A DNA stretch of 64,000 nt from Myxococcota bacterium (GTDB lineage: Bacteria; Myxococcota_A; UBA796; SXON01): NCBI GenBank assembly GCA_040386535.1, contig JAZKFH010000055.1:85343-149342 (forward strand), read 5' to 3'. Of this stretch, positions 38,235 through 48,103 are shown piece by piece. Each line of letters opens with the position of its first letter. Position 1 is the stretch's first letter. The notes beneath the pieces were generated by a model that made no database searches, was not told the DNA's origin, and saw nothing but the letters and a program-made list of their open reading frames with translations. The position numbers and the translations under genes were made by a program.

Positions 38235-39536
38235 ATGGGCGATCTCCCACGCCGTTGGCTGCCCCGGGCCGCCGCGACCGGGCGAGTGGTCGGGCAGCTG
38301 GCGCGGACCCTCGCGCGGCACGCGGTGTCGCCGGACGTCGCGAGCGAGCGCGCCCTCGGCGACGCGATCGTGGCGGACCTCGACCGCCTCAAGGGCCTCG
38401 CCATGAAGGTGGGCCAGATCCTTTCCTACATGGACGTGGGCCTGCCCGACGCGACCACTGCCGCGCTGGCCCGGCTCCAGACCGGCGTGAAGGGGATGGA
38501 CTTCGCCGAGGTCGAGGCCGTCGTGGCCGCGTCGCTCGGGGCCCCGGTGGACCACCTGTTCGAGGGCTTCGAGCGTGCCCCCGTCGCGGCGGCGTCCATC
38601 GGACAGGTGCACCGCGCGCGGCTCGGCGGCGTGCCCGTCGCGGTCAAGGTGCGCTATCCGCACGTCCGCGACACCCTCGCCGGTGACCTCGCCCAGGTCC
38701 GCCCCCTCGCGGCGCTCGCATCTCTCACCACCGCCGTCGACGGTGCCGCGCTCGTCGAGGAGCTGCGCGAGCGCCTGCTCGAGGAGTGCGACTACCGCAC
38801 CGAACAGCGCGCCCAGGAGGCCGCGGCCCGCGCGCTCGCCGGGGACACCGCGCTCCGGGTCCCGCCGACCTTCCCCGACCGCTGCGGCGACGCCGTGCTC
38901 ACCACCGCCTGGATGCCCGGCGCGCCCTTCGCCGGCTTGTTGGCAGGCCCGCCCGAGGCGCGCAATCGGGCCGCCGCGACGCTGGCACGTTTTCCGTGGA
39001 CCACGTTGTTCGGGCACGGATTCCTGCACGCCGACCCGCACCCGGGCAACTTCCTGTTCCCCGGGGGAGGGGAGGTGACGGTCCTCGACTGGGGCAGCGT
39101 GCGCCACTTCGCTCCCGACGAGGTCGAGCCCTTCCGTGCCCTGATCGTCTCGGTGCTGGACGGGAACCGTGCCCGTTTTCGCGAGGCGGTCGTGGCCTGC
39201 GGCCTCGCGCCCCGGCCCGACAGGTTCGACTTCGACGCGGGCTGGGAGATGTTCTCCTGGCTCTACGCGCCGTACGGGGGAACTAGCTTCCGCTTCGACC
39301 GCGCGTGGTGGGTCGCGGGCCGCCGCTGGACCGGGCCGGGCAACCCGAACCAGCGCCACCAGGGTTTGCCCCCCGCGTGGATCTGGCTCCTGCGGGTGCA
39401 GTGGGGGCTGGGCGCCGTGCTGGTGCGGCTGGAGGCGGAGGGGGACTTCGCGACGGCGCTGCGGGAGGCGGTGGAGGGGCGGGCGCCTAGCCCAACACCC
39501 AACCAACCCCCGCCGCCACGACACACGCGAGCCTGA
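38235..39536 (+). CDS. AarF/ABC1/UbiB family kinase
   Basis: MKVGQILS, AAASIGQVHRA, VAVKV and HADPHPGNF. Confidence 0.92.
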   Translation: MGDLPRRWLPRAAATGRVVGQLARTLARHAVSPDVASERALGDAIVADLDRLKGLAMKVGQILSYMDVGLPDATTAALARLQTGVKGMDFAEVEAVVAASLGAPVDHLFEGFERAPVAAASIGQVHRARLGGVPVAVKVRYPHVRDTLAGDLAQVRPLAALASLTTAVDGAALVEELRERLLEECDYRTEQRAQEAAARALAGDTALRVPPTFPDRCGDAVLTTAWMPGAPFAGLLAGPPEARNRAAATLARFPWTTLFGHGFLHADPHPGNFLFPGGGEVTVLDWGSVRHFAPDEVEPFRALIVSVLDGNRARFREAVVACGLAPRPDRFDFDAGWEMFSWLYAPYGGTSFRFDRAWWVAGRRWTGPGNPNQRHQGLPPAWIWLLRVQWGLGAVLVRLEAEGDFATALREAVEGRAPSPTPNQPPPPRHTRA

Positions 39537-40614
39537 GCACCTCGATTCGCCAGGCCGCGGGCCGGCGATCCGCCAGGGTTCCCAGGCTCGCCAGCGAGAA
39601 GAAGACCAGCGCGCCGAAGACCGCCTTCCATCCGAGCGGGAGCTGCTTGCCGAGGAACAGGAACGCCGACGCGGCCGCGACCGTGATGCCGAATTGGATC
39701 AGCACGTAGGCCGTCGTCTTCGGGCCCATGCTCACCGCGTACCGTTCGGCCTTCGCTTGGTGATACAGCGCCTGCAGATCCGCACGCCGGTTCGGGTCGG
39801 CGGCCCATTCGGGCGGCGCGATCCAGGCGTAAAGGCGATCCTGCCGGCGCGGGGCGCTCGCAGACGTGCGCGCGAGGTGCACCCATGGCTCCACCATGGC
39901 CCACGCGGGGTTCCAGCTCCGGAGCGGCTTGAGCACCCCGTACTCCGGCGCCTCGGCCTCCGGGGCGAAGGTGCCGAACAGGCGGTCCCACACGATGAAC
40001 GTGCCGGCGTAGTTCTTGTCGACGTACACCGGGTTGATCGCGTGGTGCACGCGGTGGTGGGAGGGGGTGTTCATCACCCATTCGACCGGCCGCGGCAGCT
40101 TCCCGATCACTCGCGTGTGGATCCAGAATTGGTAGATGACCATCAGCGACTTCATCGGCACGAACACGGCCAGCGGCACGCCCAGGACCGCCAAGGGCAG
40201 GTAGAAGGGGACGGCCGAGAGGCCGGCGACCCAATTCTGGCGCAGCGCGGTCGTGAGGTTGAATTCGTCGCTCTGGTGGTGCACCACGTGCCCGGCCCAG
40301 AGCACGCCGACGCGATGCGTGGACCGGTGCCACCAATAGAAGAGGAAGTCGGCCCCGACGAACGCCGCCACCCACACCCAGGCGCGGGACGGATCGAGAC
40401 GGGCGACCGCGAACGTGTCGTGCACCCAGGCGTAGAGCGTGAAGGTCACGAACGCGGCGATCAGGGCCGTGCCCACCTGGTCGAGTACGCCCGAGGCGAG
40501 GCTCGCGACGGAGTCCGAGAGCCGGTGCAGCCGCCGGCCGCCGCGGTGGGCGTACACCATCTCGGCCCCGACGAGCAGGAAGAACAGGGGGATGGCAGGA
40601 ATGATGAGGTTCAT
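39487..40614 (-). CDS. Sterol desaturase family protein (alkylglycerol monooxygenase-like)
   Basis: YWWHRSTH, HVVHHQSDEFNLTTALRQ, YQFWIHT, HHRVHH and DKNYAG. Confidence 0.9.
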   Translation of the reverse strand: MNLIIPAIPLFFLLVGAEMVYAHRGGRRLHRLSDSVASLASGVLDQVGTALIAAFVTFTLYAWVHDTFAVARLDPSRAWVWVAAFVGADFLFYWWHRSTHRVGVLWAGHVVHHQSDEFNLTTALRQNWVAGLSAVPFYLPLAVLGVPLAVFVPMKSLMVIYQFWIHTRVIGKLPRPVEWVMNTPSHHRVHHAINPVYVDKNYAGTFIVWDRLFGTFAPEAEAPEYGVLKPLRSWNPAWAMVEPWVHLARTSASAPRRQDRLYAWIAPPEWAADPNRRADLQALYHQAKAERYAVSMGPKTTAYVLIQFGITVAAASAFLFLGKQLPLGWKAVFGALVFFSLASLGTLADRRPAAWRIEVLRLACVVAAGVGWVLG

Positions 40615-40632
40615 CTCAGCGCTCCGTCGGTG

Positions 40633-41985
40633 TCAGGCCGCGCCCATCGGCGTGGGCTCCGGCCGCGCCCACAGCGGGCCCTGGATGCGGATGACCATGC
40701 GCGGCACGATGGGCAGCGGCGCGGCGGGCAACCGGACGCGCGTGCGTTGGACGATGCGGGTGAGGAGCAGCATGGTCTGAGTCATCGCGAGGTGCCGGCC
40801 GATACACGTGCGCGGGCCGCCGCCGAACGGCCACCACGCGAACGGGTGCAGGGCCGCGCGCCGCTGCGAGGCGAACCGCTCGGGGTCGAAGGTCTCGGGA
40901 TCCCGCCAGAAGTCGGGGTGGCGGTGGGTGATCCACGCGCTGAAGATGAGCTGGGCGCCCGCCGGCACGACACAGCCCCGGATCTCCTCCTCCTTCAGCG
41001 CCCGCCGGTTCAGGCCCCAGGCCCCGGGGTACACCCGCAGCGTCTCCCGGATCACCATGTCCGCGTAGGAGAGCGCCGCCAGATCCGTGGTCTCGGGCGC
41101 GCGCCCGCCGAGGACCGTGGCGATCTCGCTCCGCAGGCGCTCCTCCACCGCCGGGTGGCTCGCCAGCACGTGGAGGGCGCACACCAGGGTGTTGGCGGTG
41201 TTCTCGCTGGCGGCCACCAGCATCGTGAGGATGTGGTCCTGGACCTGCTGCCCGGTGATGGCCAGCTCCGCGTCGGCCTCGGTGTGGGACAGGAGCCGCT
41301 GCAGGAAGCTCTCTCCCTGGCGCTCGCGGGCCTGGGCGATCATCCGCTCCGCCAACCCGCCGAGCCAGGCCATCTCCCGCTTGAGCGCGAGGTGCTTGGG
41401 CGTGGGCACGGAATGGGGCACCAGCAACCCGGCGAAGACCTTCTCGGCGACGATGTCCTGGGCCAACAGCAGGGACGTGCGGGTGCGCGCCAGCTCCGCC
41501 CCCTCCAGCGTGTAGCCGAACAGCACCTCGCACGTGATCCGCAGCGTGAGCTCCTGGATCTCCTGCAAGAGCTCGATCGGCTGCCCGGTCCGCGCGCGGA
41601 GCTCCCACCGATCCAGCATGCGGTCGGCCGCGGCCACCATGACCTCGTCCATCCGTCCCAACGCGACCTGGGCCAGAGCGGGCCGGACCACCTTGCGTTG
41701 GTGCTGCCACATCTCCCCGTCCGTGGTGACCAGCCCATCTCCCAGGATCGGCTTGATCGGCACGGTCTGGTGCGAGTCGCCGCGGAGGAAGCTCAGGGGG
41801 CGATCCTGGAGGATCGTCTGGATGTCGTCCGGGTGGGAGAAGAACCAGGCCTCACGATGCAGGAACTTGAAGTGGATCGTGTCGCCGTGTTCGCGCGACA
41901 GATCCACGAGCAGCTTGATCGTGTTCTTCTCGCGGAGGGGGCCGGAGATCCGCAGGCCGGAGACCACGGGCGGGGTGCGGTGCAT
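40633..41985 (-). CDS. Cytochrome P450
   Basis: ETLR (ExxR), FDPERF and FGGGPRTCIG heme motif. Confidence 0.95.
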   Translation of the reverse strand: MHRTPPVVSGLRISGPLREKNTIKLLVDLSREHGDTIHFKFLHREAWFFSHPDDIQTILQDRPLSFLRGDSHQTVPIKPILGDGLVTTDGEMWQHQRKVVRPALAQVALGRMDEVMVAAADRMLDRWELRARTGQPIELLQEIQELTLRITCEVLFGYTLEGAELARTRTSLLLAQDIVAEKVFAGLLVPHSVPTPKHLALKREMAWLGGLAERMIAQARERQGESFLQRLLSHTEADAELAITGQQVQDHILTMLVAASENTANTLVCALHVLASHPAVEERLRSEIATVLGGRAPETTDLAALSYADMVIRETLRVYPGAWGLNRRALKEEEIRGCVVPAGAQLIFSAWITHRHPDFWRDPETFDPERFASQRRAALHPFAWWPFGGGPRTCIGRHLAMTQTMLLLTRIVQRTRVRLPAAPLPIVPRMVIRIQGPLWARPEPTPMGAA

Positions 41986-42033
41986 GGGTGCGTCCGTTGC
42001 GAAGGGCGCGCGGAAGGTAGCATACTCCCCGCC

Positions 42034-42834
42034 ATGCCCATGGCCCCCGTCCCCTCGCTCGGCTCCTTTCCGTTCGGCCGCCCGGTGATCCCCGTCCTCC
42101 AGGCCGACCGTGCTCCCAAACGTGTCTTCGTGCTCGGCGTCTACGCGAGCGCGGTGCACGCCCAATGGAGGGGCCCCGACGAGCGCGTTCGCGTGCGTGC
42201 GCTGGCCGTCGCGAGCGAGCCGTCGATCTTCTGGCGCGGGGAGGACGTGGCGCGGATCGTCGCGGAGATCGAGGTCCCGGCGCGGTTCGGCCGCTTGGAG
42301 CCCGCGGCGCCCCAGTTCAACGGCCCCTCGGGCGTGGCCCTGGACGACTGTTTTCTCGAGCCGCTCGGGCTGGCGCGCGCCGACGCTTGGCTCTGCGATC
42401 TGGTGCCCTACAGCTGTGTCAACCCCGCGCAGGGCGCCGCGCTCGCGCGAGAATACCTGCCGCTGGTCGCCGACGGCCTCCCGGCCCCCACCGTCGGGCC
42501 GGTGCCTTCCGTGCTCGCGACCGCGGAGCGCCGCGCCGAGATCCTCACGGAGATCGAGGCCTCCGGCGCCGACGTGGTGGTGCTCCTCGGCGACCAGCCG
42601 CTGCGTTGGTTCCTGCGCGAGCTCGACGGGGAGCGGCGGGCGCGCCTCGCCGCGTTCGGAGCGACCCCAAGTAGCTACGGGCGCCTGCACCGCGTCCGCA
42701 TCGGCACGCGTGATCGCCTCGTGCTCCCGGTCGCCCATCCCCGCCAGGTCGCGCGGCTCGGCAGCCACTCCAAGGAGTGGTTCGCCCTGCACGACACGTG
42801 GCGGCGGGACGTGGCGCCGTCGCTCTTGGGGTAG
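42034..42834 (+). CDS. Uracil-DNA glycosylase-like superfamily protein
   Basis: VFVLG motif A region, GPSG..LD, WLCDLVP, VVVLLG and LPVAHP motif B. Confidence 0.6.
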   Translation: MPMAPVPSLGSFPFGRPVIPVLQADRAPKRVFVLGVYASAVHAQWRGPDERVRVRALAVASEPSIFWRGEDVARIVAEIEVPARFGRLEPAAPQFNGPSGVALDDCFLEPLGLARADAWLCDLVPYSCVNPAQGAALAREYLPLVADGLPAPTVGPVPSVLATAERRAEILTEIEASGADVVVLLGDQPLRWFLRELDGERRARLAAFGATPSSYGRLHRVRIGTRDRLVLPVAHPRQVARLGSHSKEWFALHDTWRRDVAPSLLG

Positions 42835-42842
42835 GCGCCCGG

Positions 42843-43913
42843 TCAGAACCCCGGCGCGTTCAACTTGCGACGCCGGGCCTTCCGCCGCCCCTCGTGCCGC
42901 GTCCGCGGGTCCTCCCGGCGCACGACCACCGCCTGCTCCACCAGCAGGGTGCGGAAGCTCGCGAGGCGCTCCGGATCGAGCGTCCCCTCGGCCACGGCGG
43001 CCTGGACCGCGCACGCGGGCTCGTTGCTGTGGCCGCAGTCCTCGAAGCGGCACCCGTCCGCGAGGGCGTGGATGTCGGCGAACGTGCGCTCGAGCCCCTC
43101 AGTCGCGAGGCCGAGCGCGAGCTCGCGGATCCCGGGCGCGTCCACCAGGAGGCCGCGGTTCCCCGGGAGGAGGAACAATTCGCGGTGCGTGGTCGTGTGT
43201 TGCCCGCGATCGTCGTGCGCGCGGATCTCCCGCACGTGCTGGCGGACCTCCCCCGCGAGGTGATTGAGCAGGGTCGACTTTCCGACGCCGGACGTGCCGA
43301 GGAGCATCGCCGTCTCCCCGGGGCGCAGGTACGGCAGGAGCGGCGCCACGCCTTGCTCGTCCTTCGTGTGGACCGCGACGACGGGCACCCCGGCGAGCCG
43401 CGCCGAGAGGGCCTCCACGTAGGATTCCACGTCGGGGTCGAGGTCGGCCTTGGACAACACGATCACCGGCTGCGCGCCGGCCTCGAACGCGACCGCGATC
43501 ATGCGATCGAGCCGCCGCGGCTGCAGATCCTGGTTGGCGGAGGTGACGATGAGCACCCGATCCAGGTTGGCGGCGAGCACCTGGGTGCGGCTGGCGCGCC
43601 CGGCCTCCTTGCGGGTGAGGGCCCCGCGGCGCGGCAGGATCCCGACGATGCGGGTGCCCGACACGGCCACCCAGTCCCCCACGGCAGGCCCCCCGTCCTC
43701 AGGCGCCGTGGCCGGATCGGGAACGTGCACCTCGCTGTAGGTGTCGTGCACGATCGTGGCGCCGCGGTGCAGCGCGACCACGCGGGCGGCGCGGGGGAGG
43801 GCCCCGGTGTTGCCCGATTCGAGCGCCGACGGGAGAACGAAGGGGTCGTGGGTGTATAGAACGGACCAGGCATCGGCGAAGTGCCGGTTCCAACCGAGCG
43901 CAAGAGGAGTCAT
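42843..43913 (-). CDS. rsgA: Ribosome small subunit-dependent GTPase A
   Basis: AVGDWV, SKAD, GTSGVGKST, HTTT, DAPG and CRFEDCGH..EPAC. Confidence 0.93.
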   Translation of the reverse strand: MTPLALGWNRHFADAWSVLYTHDPFVLPSALESGNTGALPRAARVVALHRGATIVHDTYSEVHVPDPATAPEDGGPAVGDWVAVSGTRIVGILPRRGALTRKEAGRASRTQVLAANLDRVLIVTSANQDLQPRRLDRMIAVAFEAGAQPVIVLSKADLDPDVESYVEALSARLAGVPVVAVHTKDEQGVAPLLPYLRPGETAMLLGTSGVGKSTLLNHLAGEVRQHVREIRAHDDRGQHTTTHRELFLLPGNRGLLVDAPGIRELALGLATEGLERTFADIHALADGCRFEDCGHSNEPACAVQAAVAEGTLDPERLASFRTLLVEQAVVVRREDPRTRHEGRRKARRRKLNAPGF

Positions 43914-44035
43914 GTCGTCCTCGGGTAAGCACCGAGCTGGCGCTCGGCTACGGGGCGATCCCCGAAGCGCTGCCCTGTTCCAGCGGGCCCATGGACACCA
44001 CGCCGGACGTCTCTAAGTAGGTACACGGGGGTACG

Positions 44036-45880
44036 ATGGGGCACCGCTACCCGCGGCCACAACTGACACGGGACGGTTGGACTTCGCTCGACGGCGAGTG
44101 GGACTTCGCGTTCGATCCACCCGCGCGGTGGCAGACACCCGGAGAGGTGCGGTGGGATCGGCGCATCCTCGTGCCGTTCGCGCCCGAGACCGTCGCGAGC
44201 GGCATCGGCGACACCGGGTTCTTCGAGGCCGTCTGGTACCGGCGGAGCCTCCCCCACGTCCCGGAAAATGGAAAACGTGTCATCCTCCACTTCGGGGCGG
44301 TCGACTGGGACGCAAGCGTGTGGGTCGACGGCCTGCTCGTGGCGCACCACCAGGGCGGTTACACCCCGTTCTCGTGCGACATCACCGAGCTGCTCGCGCT
44401 TCCCGGCGACCACGAGCTCGTCGTGCGCGCCCTGGACGACCCCCACGATCTCGCCCGGCCCCGCGGAAAACAGGATTGGCAGCTCGAGCCCCACTCCATC
44501 TGGTATCCACGCACCAGCGGCATCTGGCAGACCGTGTGGATGGAGGAGGTGCCGCCGACCCGCATCGGCGCGCTGCAGTGGACTCCCAACCTCGAGCGTT
44601 GGGAGCTGGGTCTCATCGCGAGCCTGGCGGGGAAGTTCAGCCCGGGGCTCCGACTCGCCGTGCGCATCACCTGCGTCGGCAAGCTCCTGGCGGACGACAC
44701 GTACCTGCTCACCCACCCCGAGGTGAGCCGTCGCATCGCGCTCTCCGATCCGGGCATCGACGACAGCCGCAACGAGCTCCTCTGGTCGCCCGCCACTCCC
44801 ACGCTGATGGAGGCGGACATACGGCTGCTCGCGCCGGATGGCGCCGTGCTCGACCACGTCGGGAGCTACACGGCGCTCCGGTCGATCCACGTCCAGGGTG
44901 ACCGCATCCTGCTCAACGGGCGCCCATACCCGCTGCGGCTCGTGCTCGACCAAGGGTACTGGCCCGACACGGGCATGACCGCGCCCGACGACGACGCGCT
45001 CCGCCGTGACGTCGAGCTGGCCAAGGCGATGGGCTTCAACGGCGTGCGCAAGCACCAGAAGATCGAGTGCCCGCGCTACCTGTGGTGGGCCGACCGCCTC
45101 GGGCTGCTCGTGTGGGAGGAGATGCCGAGCGCGTATCGTTTCACCTCGACCTCGGTCGAGCGGCTCACGCGGGAGTGGCTCGAGGTGCTCGCCCGGGACA
45201 GCAGCCACCCCTGCATCGTCGCGTGGGTGCCCTTCAACGAGTCCTGGGGTGTGCCGAACCTGCCGGCCAACCCCGCCGAGCGGCACTACATCCAGGCCCT
45301 GTACCACCTCACCCACACGCTCGATCCGACCCGCCCCGTCGTGGGGAACGACGGGTGGGAGAGCGTCGCGACCGACATCATCGGCGTACACGATTACGAC
45401 ACCGACCCCGAGCGCATCGCGCGCCGGTACATGGCGCCCGAGGTCCGGCCCCACCTCTACCGTCGCGAGCGCTTCGGCGGGCGCCAGCTCGTCATCGAGG
45501 GCCACCCCCACGGCGACCACCCCATCATCCTCTCGGAGTTCGGGGGCGTGACCCTCGGGGTCGGCGGCGGCACGTGGGGATACTCCCGCGTCCGCACGCC
45601 CGAGGACCTCGCCGACGTGTTGGCCTCGCTCTTCGCCGTGGTCCGCCGGCTCGATTTCTTCGCGGGCTATTGTTACACCCAATTCGCGGACACGTGGCAG
45701 GAGGCGAACGGCCTGCTCACGGCCGACAGGCGCCCCAAGGTCCCGCTCGAGCAGCTCCGCGCCATGAACGGCAGCCCCATCCTGCCGCCCGGGCCCCCCT
45801 GTGACGTGGCGGAGGTGGCCTCCATCCCCACACCCTCGGCCCCGACACCCTCACCGAAGGCGCCGGAGGACAAGTCCTGA
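44036..45880 (+). CDS. Glycoside hydrolase family 2
   Basis: YPRPQ, LHFGAVDW, SGIWQTVW, GFNGVRKHQK, WVPFNESWG and LSEFGG. Confidence 0.92.
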   Translation: MGHRYPRPQLTRDGWTSLDGEWDFAFDPPARWQTPGEVRWDRRILVPFAPETVASGIGDTGFFEAVWYRRSLPHVPENGKRVILHFGAVDWDASVWVDGLLVAHHQGGYTPFSCDITELLALPGDHELVVRALDDPHDLARPRGKQDWQLEPHSIWYPRTSGIWQTVWMEEVPPTRIGALQWTPNLERWELGLIASLAGKFSPGLRLAVRITCVGKLLADDTYLLTHPEVSRRIALSDPGIDDSRNELLWSPATPTLMEADIRLLAPDGAVLDHVGSYTALRSIHVQGDRILLNGRPYPLRLVLDQGYWPDTGMTAPDDDALRRDVELAKAMGFNGVRKHQKIECPRYLWWADRLGLLVWEEMPSAYRFTSTSVERLTREWLEVLARDSSHPCIVAWVPFNESWGVPNLPANPAERHYIQALYHLTHTLDPTRPVVGNDGWESVATDIIGVHDYDTDPERIARRYMAPEVRPHLYRRERFGGRQLVIEGHPHGDHPIILSEFGGVTLGVGGGTWGYSRVRTPEDLADVLASLFAVVRRLDFFAGYCYTQFADTWQEANGLLTADRRPKVPLEQLRAMNGSPILPPGPPCDVAEVASIPTPSAPTPSPKAPEDKS

Positions 45881-46968
45881 TGTTCCGACGCACGTATCCC
45901 AAGCCCGACGGCCGCTCGTTGCACCTGTACGCACGCGCGCCGCTCCCCGAGTCGGTCGACGTCACCAGTCTTCTCGCGGCGCCCGCCGGCTCCAAGGGCT
46001 CCCACCTCCGCTGGCATCCGCTGCGGGGCGAGTGGATCATCTACGCGGCGCACCGCCAGGATCGCACCTTCCTGCCGCCGGCCGACTACAACCCGATCGC
46101 GCCCGCGCGGGACCCCGCGATCCCCACCGAGGTGCCGCCCGGCCCCTGGGAGATCGCGGTGTTCGACAACCGCTTCCCCGCGCTCCGCACCGGCGTGGGG
46201 GAGGCCCCGCGCCTCGCCGTGGAGACCCGCCCGGGAGACGGCGCCTGTGAGGTGGTCGTGTTCGGGCAGGATCCGACGGCCTCGTTGGGCGGGCTCCCGC
46301 TGCCGGTGATGGAGCTCCTGTTCGAGGTCTGGGGCGACCGCACGCGGGAGTTGGGCGCCCGGCCCGAGATCCAATACGTCTTCCCGTTCGAGAACCGGGG
46401 CGTCGAGGTGGGTGTCACCCTGCACCACCCCCACGGCCAGATTTACGCCTACTCCTTCGTGCCGCCCGTCGCCGCGCGCCAGCTGGCCGAACAGTCGGCG
46501 TACTACCAGGCGCACGGCCGCGGGCTCCTGGAGGACCTGATGGCGACCGAACGCGCCGAGGGCACGCGGGTCTTGTACGAGGGGCCCCGCGCGCTCGCTT
46601 GGGTGCCCGTCTTCGCGCGCTACGCGTACGAGGTGTGGGTGGCGCCGATCCGCCCGGCGCCGACCCTCGCCGACCTCGACGACGCCGACCGTGCCGACCT
46701 GGCCCGCGCGCTCAAGACCGTGCTCCTCAAGTACGACGGGCTCTGGCAGAAGCCCTTCCCGTACCTGCTCGTGTTCCACCAGGCGCCCACCGACGGCGCC
46801 GCCCATCCCGAGGCGCACCTGCACATCCAACTGTACCCCCCGTATCGGATGCCCGGCCGCCTCAAGTACCTCGCGGGCACCGAGATCGGCGCGGGCGTGT
46901 TCACCGCGGACACGCTGCCGGAGGAGAAGGCCGCCGAGCTGCGGGCGGTGGGGGTGTCGCTTGAGTAG
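45880..46968 (+). CDS. galT: Galactose-1-phosphate uridylyltransferase
   Basis: RWHPLRGEW, FDNRFP and FENRG...HHPHGQIY. Confidence 0.93.
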   Translation: MFRRTYPKPDGRSLHLYARAPLPESVDVTSLLAAPAGSKGSHLRWHPLRGEWIIYAAHRQDRTFLPPADYNPIAPARDPAIPTEVPPGPWEIAVFDNRFPALRTGVGEAPRLAVETRPGDGACEVVVFGQDPTASLGGLPLPVMELLFEVWGDRTRELGARPEIQYVFPFENRGVEVGVTLHHPHGQIYAYSFVPPVAARQLAEQSAYYQAHGRGLLEDLMATERAEGTRVLYEGPRALAWVPVFARYAYEVWVAPIRPAPTLADLDDADRADLARALKTVLLKYDGLWQKPFPYLLVFHQAPTDGAAHPEAHLHIQLYPPYRMPGRLKYLAGTEIGAGVFTADTLPEEKAAELRAVGVSLE

Positions 46969-48103
46969 GTCGACATGGGGCGGGGGGGAGCCCCCCGCAA
47001 CGCCCCCCCGAACCACGTCGTTCTCGGGCTTGTACGGCCGCCCTTCGAGCTTCCGCGCCGATGCGCCCGGCCGTGTCAACCTCATCGGCGAACACACCGA
47101 CTACAACGAGGGCTTCGTGCTCCCGTTGGCGATCCCGCAGCGCACGCGGGTCGAGATCGGGCCGCGCAACGACGCGACCGTGCGCGCCTGGACCTCCGCC
47201 AACCCGGACGACGCCCCGGTGACGTGGCAGCTCGGCGCCGAGGCGCCCACGGGGGCGTGGTCCGACTACGTGCAGGGCGTCGTGTTCGTCCTCCTGCGCG
47301 CCGGGCATCCGCTTGGCGGCTTCGACGTGCGGGTCGAGTCGGACGTGCCGGTGGGGGCAGGCCTCTCGTCGAGCGCCGCCCTCGCGATCGCGCTCCTCCG
47401 CGGGCTGCGGGACACGTTCGCGCTCACGCTCTCGGATCTCGATCTCGCCCGGCTGGGTCAGGCCGCCGAGAACGACTTCGTGGGCGCGCCCGTCGGCATC
47501 CTCGACCTGATGGCGTCGAGCCTCGCCGGGGAGCGCACGGCGTTGTTCCTCGACACCCGCACGCTCGCGTGGCGGTCCGTGCCGCTCCCGGCCGGGCTGG
47601 GCATCGCGGTCGTGGACTCGGGCATCACCCACGCCCACGCTACCGGCGACTACCGCCTCCGACGCGACGAGTGCACCCGTGCCGCCGCGCTCCTCGGGGT
47701 GCCGGCGCTCCGGGACGCGGACCTCGCGGGCGCCGGGGGGCTGCCCCCGCCGCTGGATGGGCGCGTCCGCCACGTGGTCACGGAGGATGCGCGGGTGCTC
47801 GAGGCCGTCGAGGCGATCGAACGCGGGGATCTCCCTCGGCTCGGCCAGCTCTTCCTCGCCTCCCACGCGTCCATGCGCGACGACTTCGCCGTCTCGCTGC
47901 CGCCCATCGATCGGCTCGTGGAGGTGGCGGCCGCGCACCCCGCGGTGTTCGGCGCGCGGCTCACGGGCGGCGGGTTCGGCGGCTCGATCGTGCTCGCCTG
48001 TCGCGCGGGCGCCGAGCGGGAAGCGGCGCGGACGACCGCGGAGCGGTGGGCGCGGGAGACAGGCGGCACGCCGCGTGTTCACGTTCCATGGGAGGTGTCG
48101 TGA
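46961..48103 (+). CDS. galK: Galactokinase
   Basis: APGRVNLIGEHTDYNEG, GAGLSSSAA and GARLTGGGFGG; TTG start inferred. Confidence 0.93.
   Translation: MSRSTWGGGEPPATPPRTTSFSGLYGRPSSFRADAPGRVNLIGEHTDYNEGFVLPLAIPQRTRVEIGPRNDATVRAWTSANPDDAPVTWQLGAEAPTGAWSDYVQGVVFVLLRAGHPLGGFDVRVESDVPVGAGLSSSAALAIALLRGLRDTFALTLSDLDLARLGQAAENDFVGAPVGILDLMASSLAGERTALFLDTRTLAWRSVPLPAGLGIAVVDSGITHAHATGDYRLRRDECTRAAALLGVPALRDADLAGAGGLPPPLDGRVRHVVTEDARVLEAVEAIERGDLPRLGQLFLASHASMRDDFAVSLPPIDRLVEVAAAHPAVFGARLTGGGFGGSIVLACRAGAEREAARTTAERWARETGGTPRVHVPWEVS

Noticed and set aside
39169..42834. 1221-aa + strand ORF
   Set aside because: Only the last ~266 codons (UDG-like) look real; the rest is antisense to the desaturase and P450.
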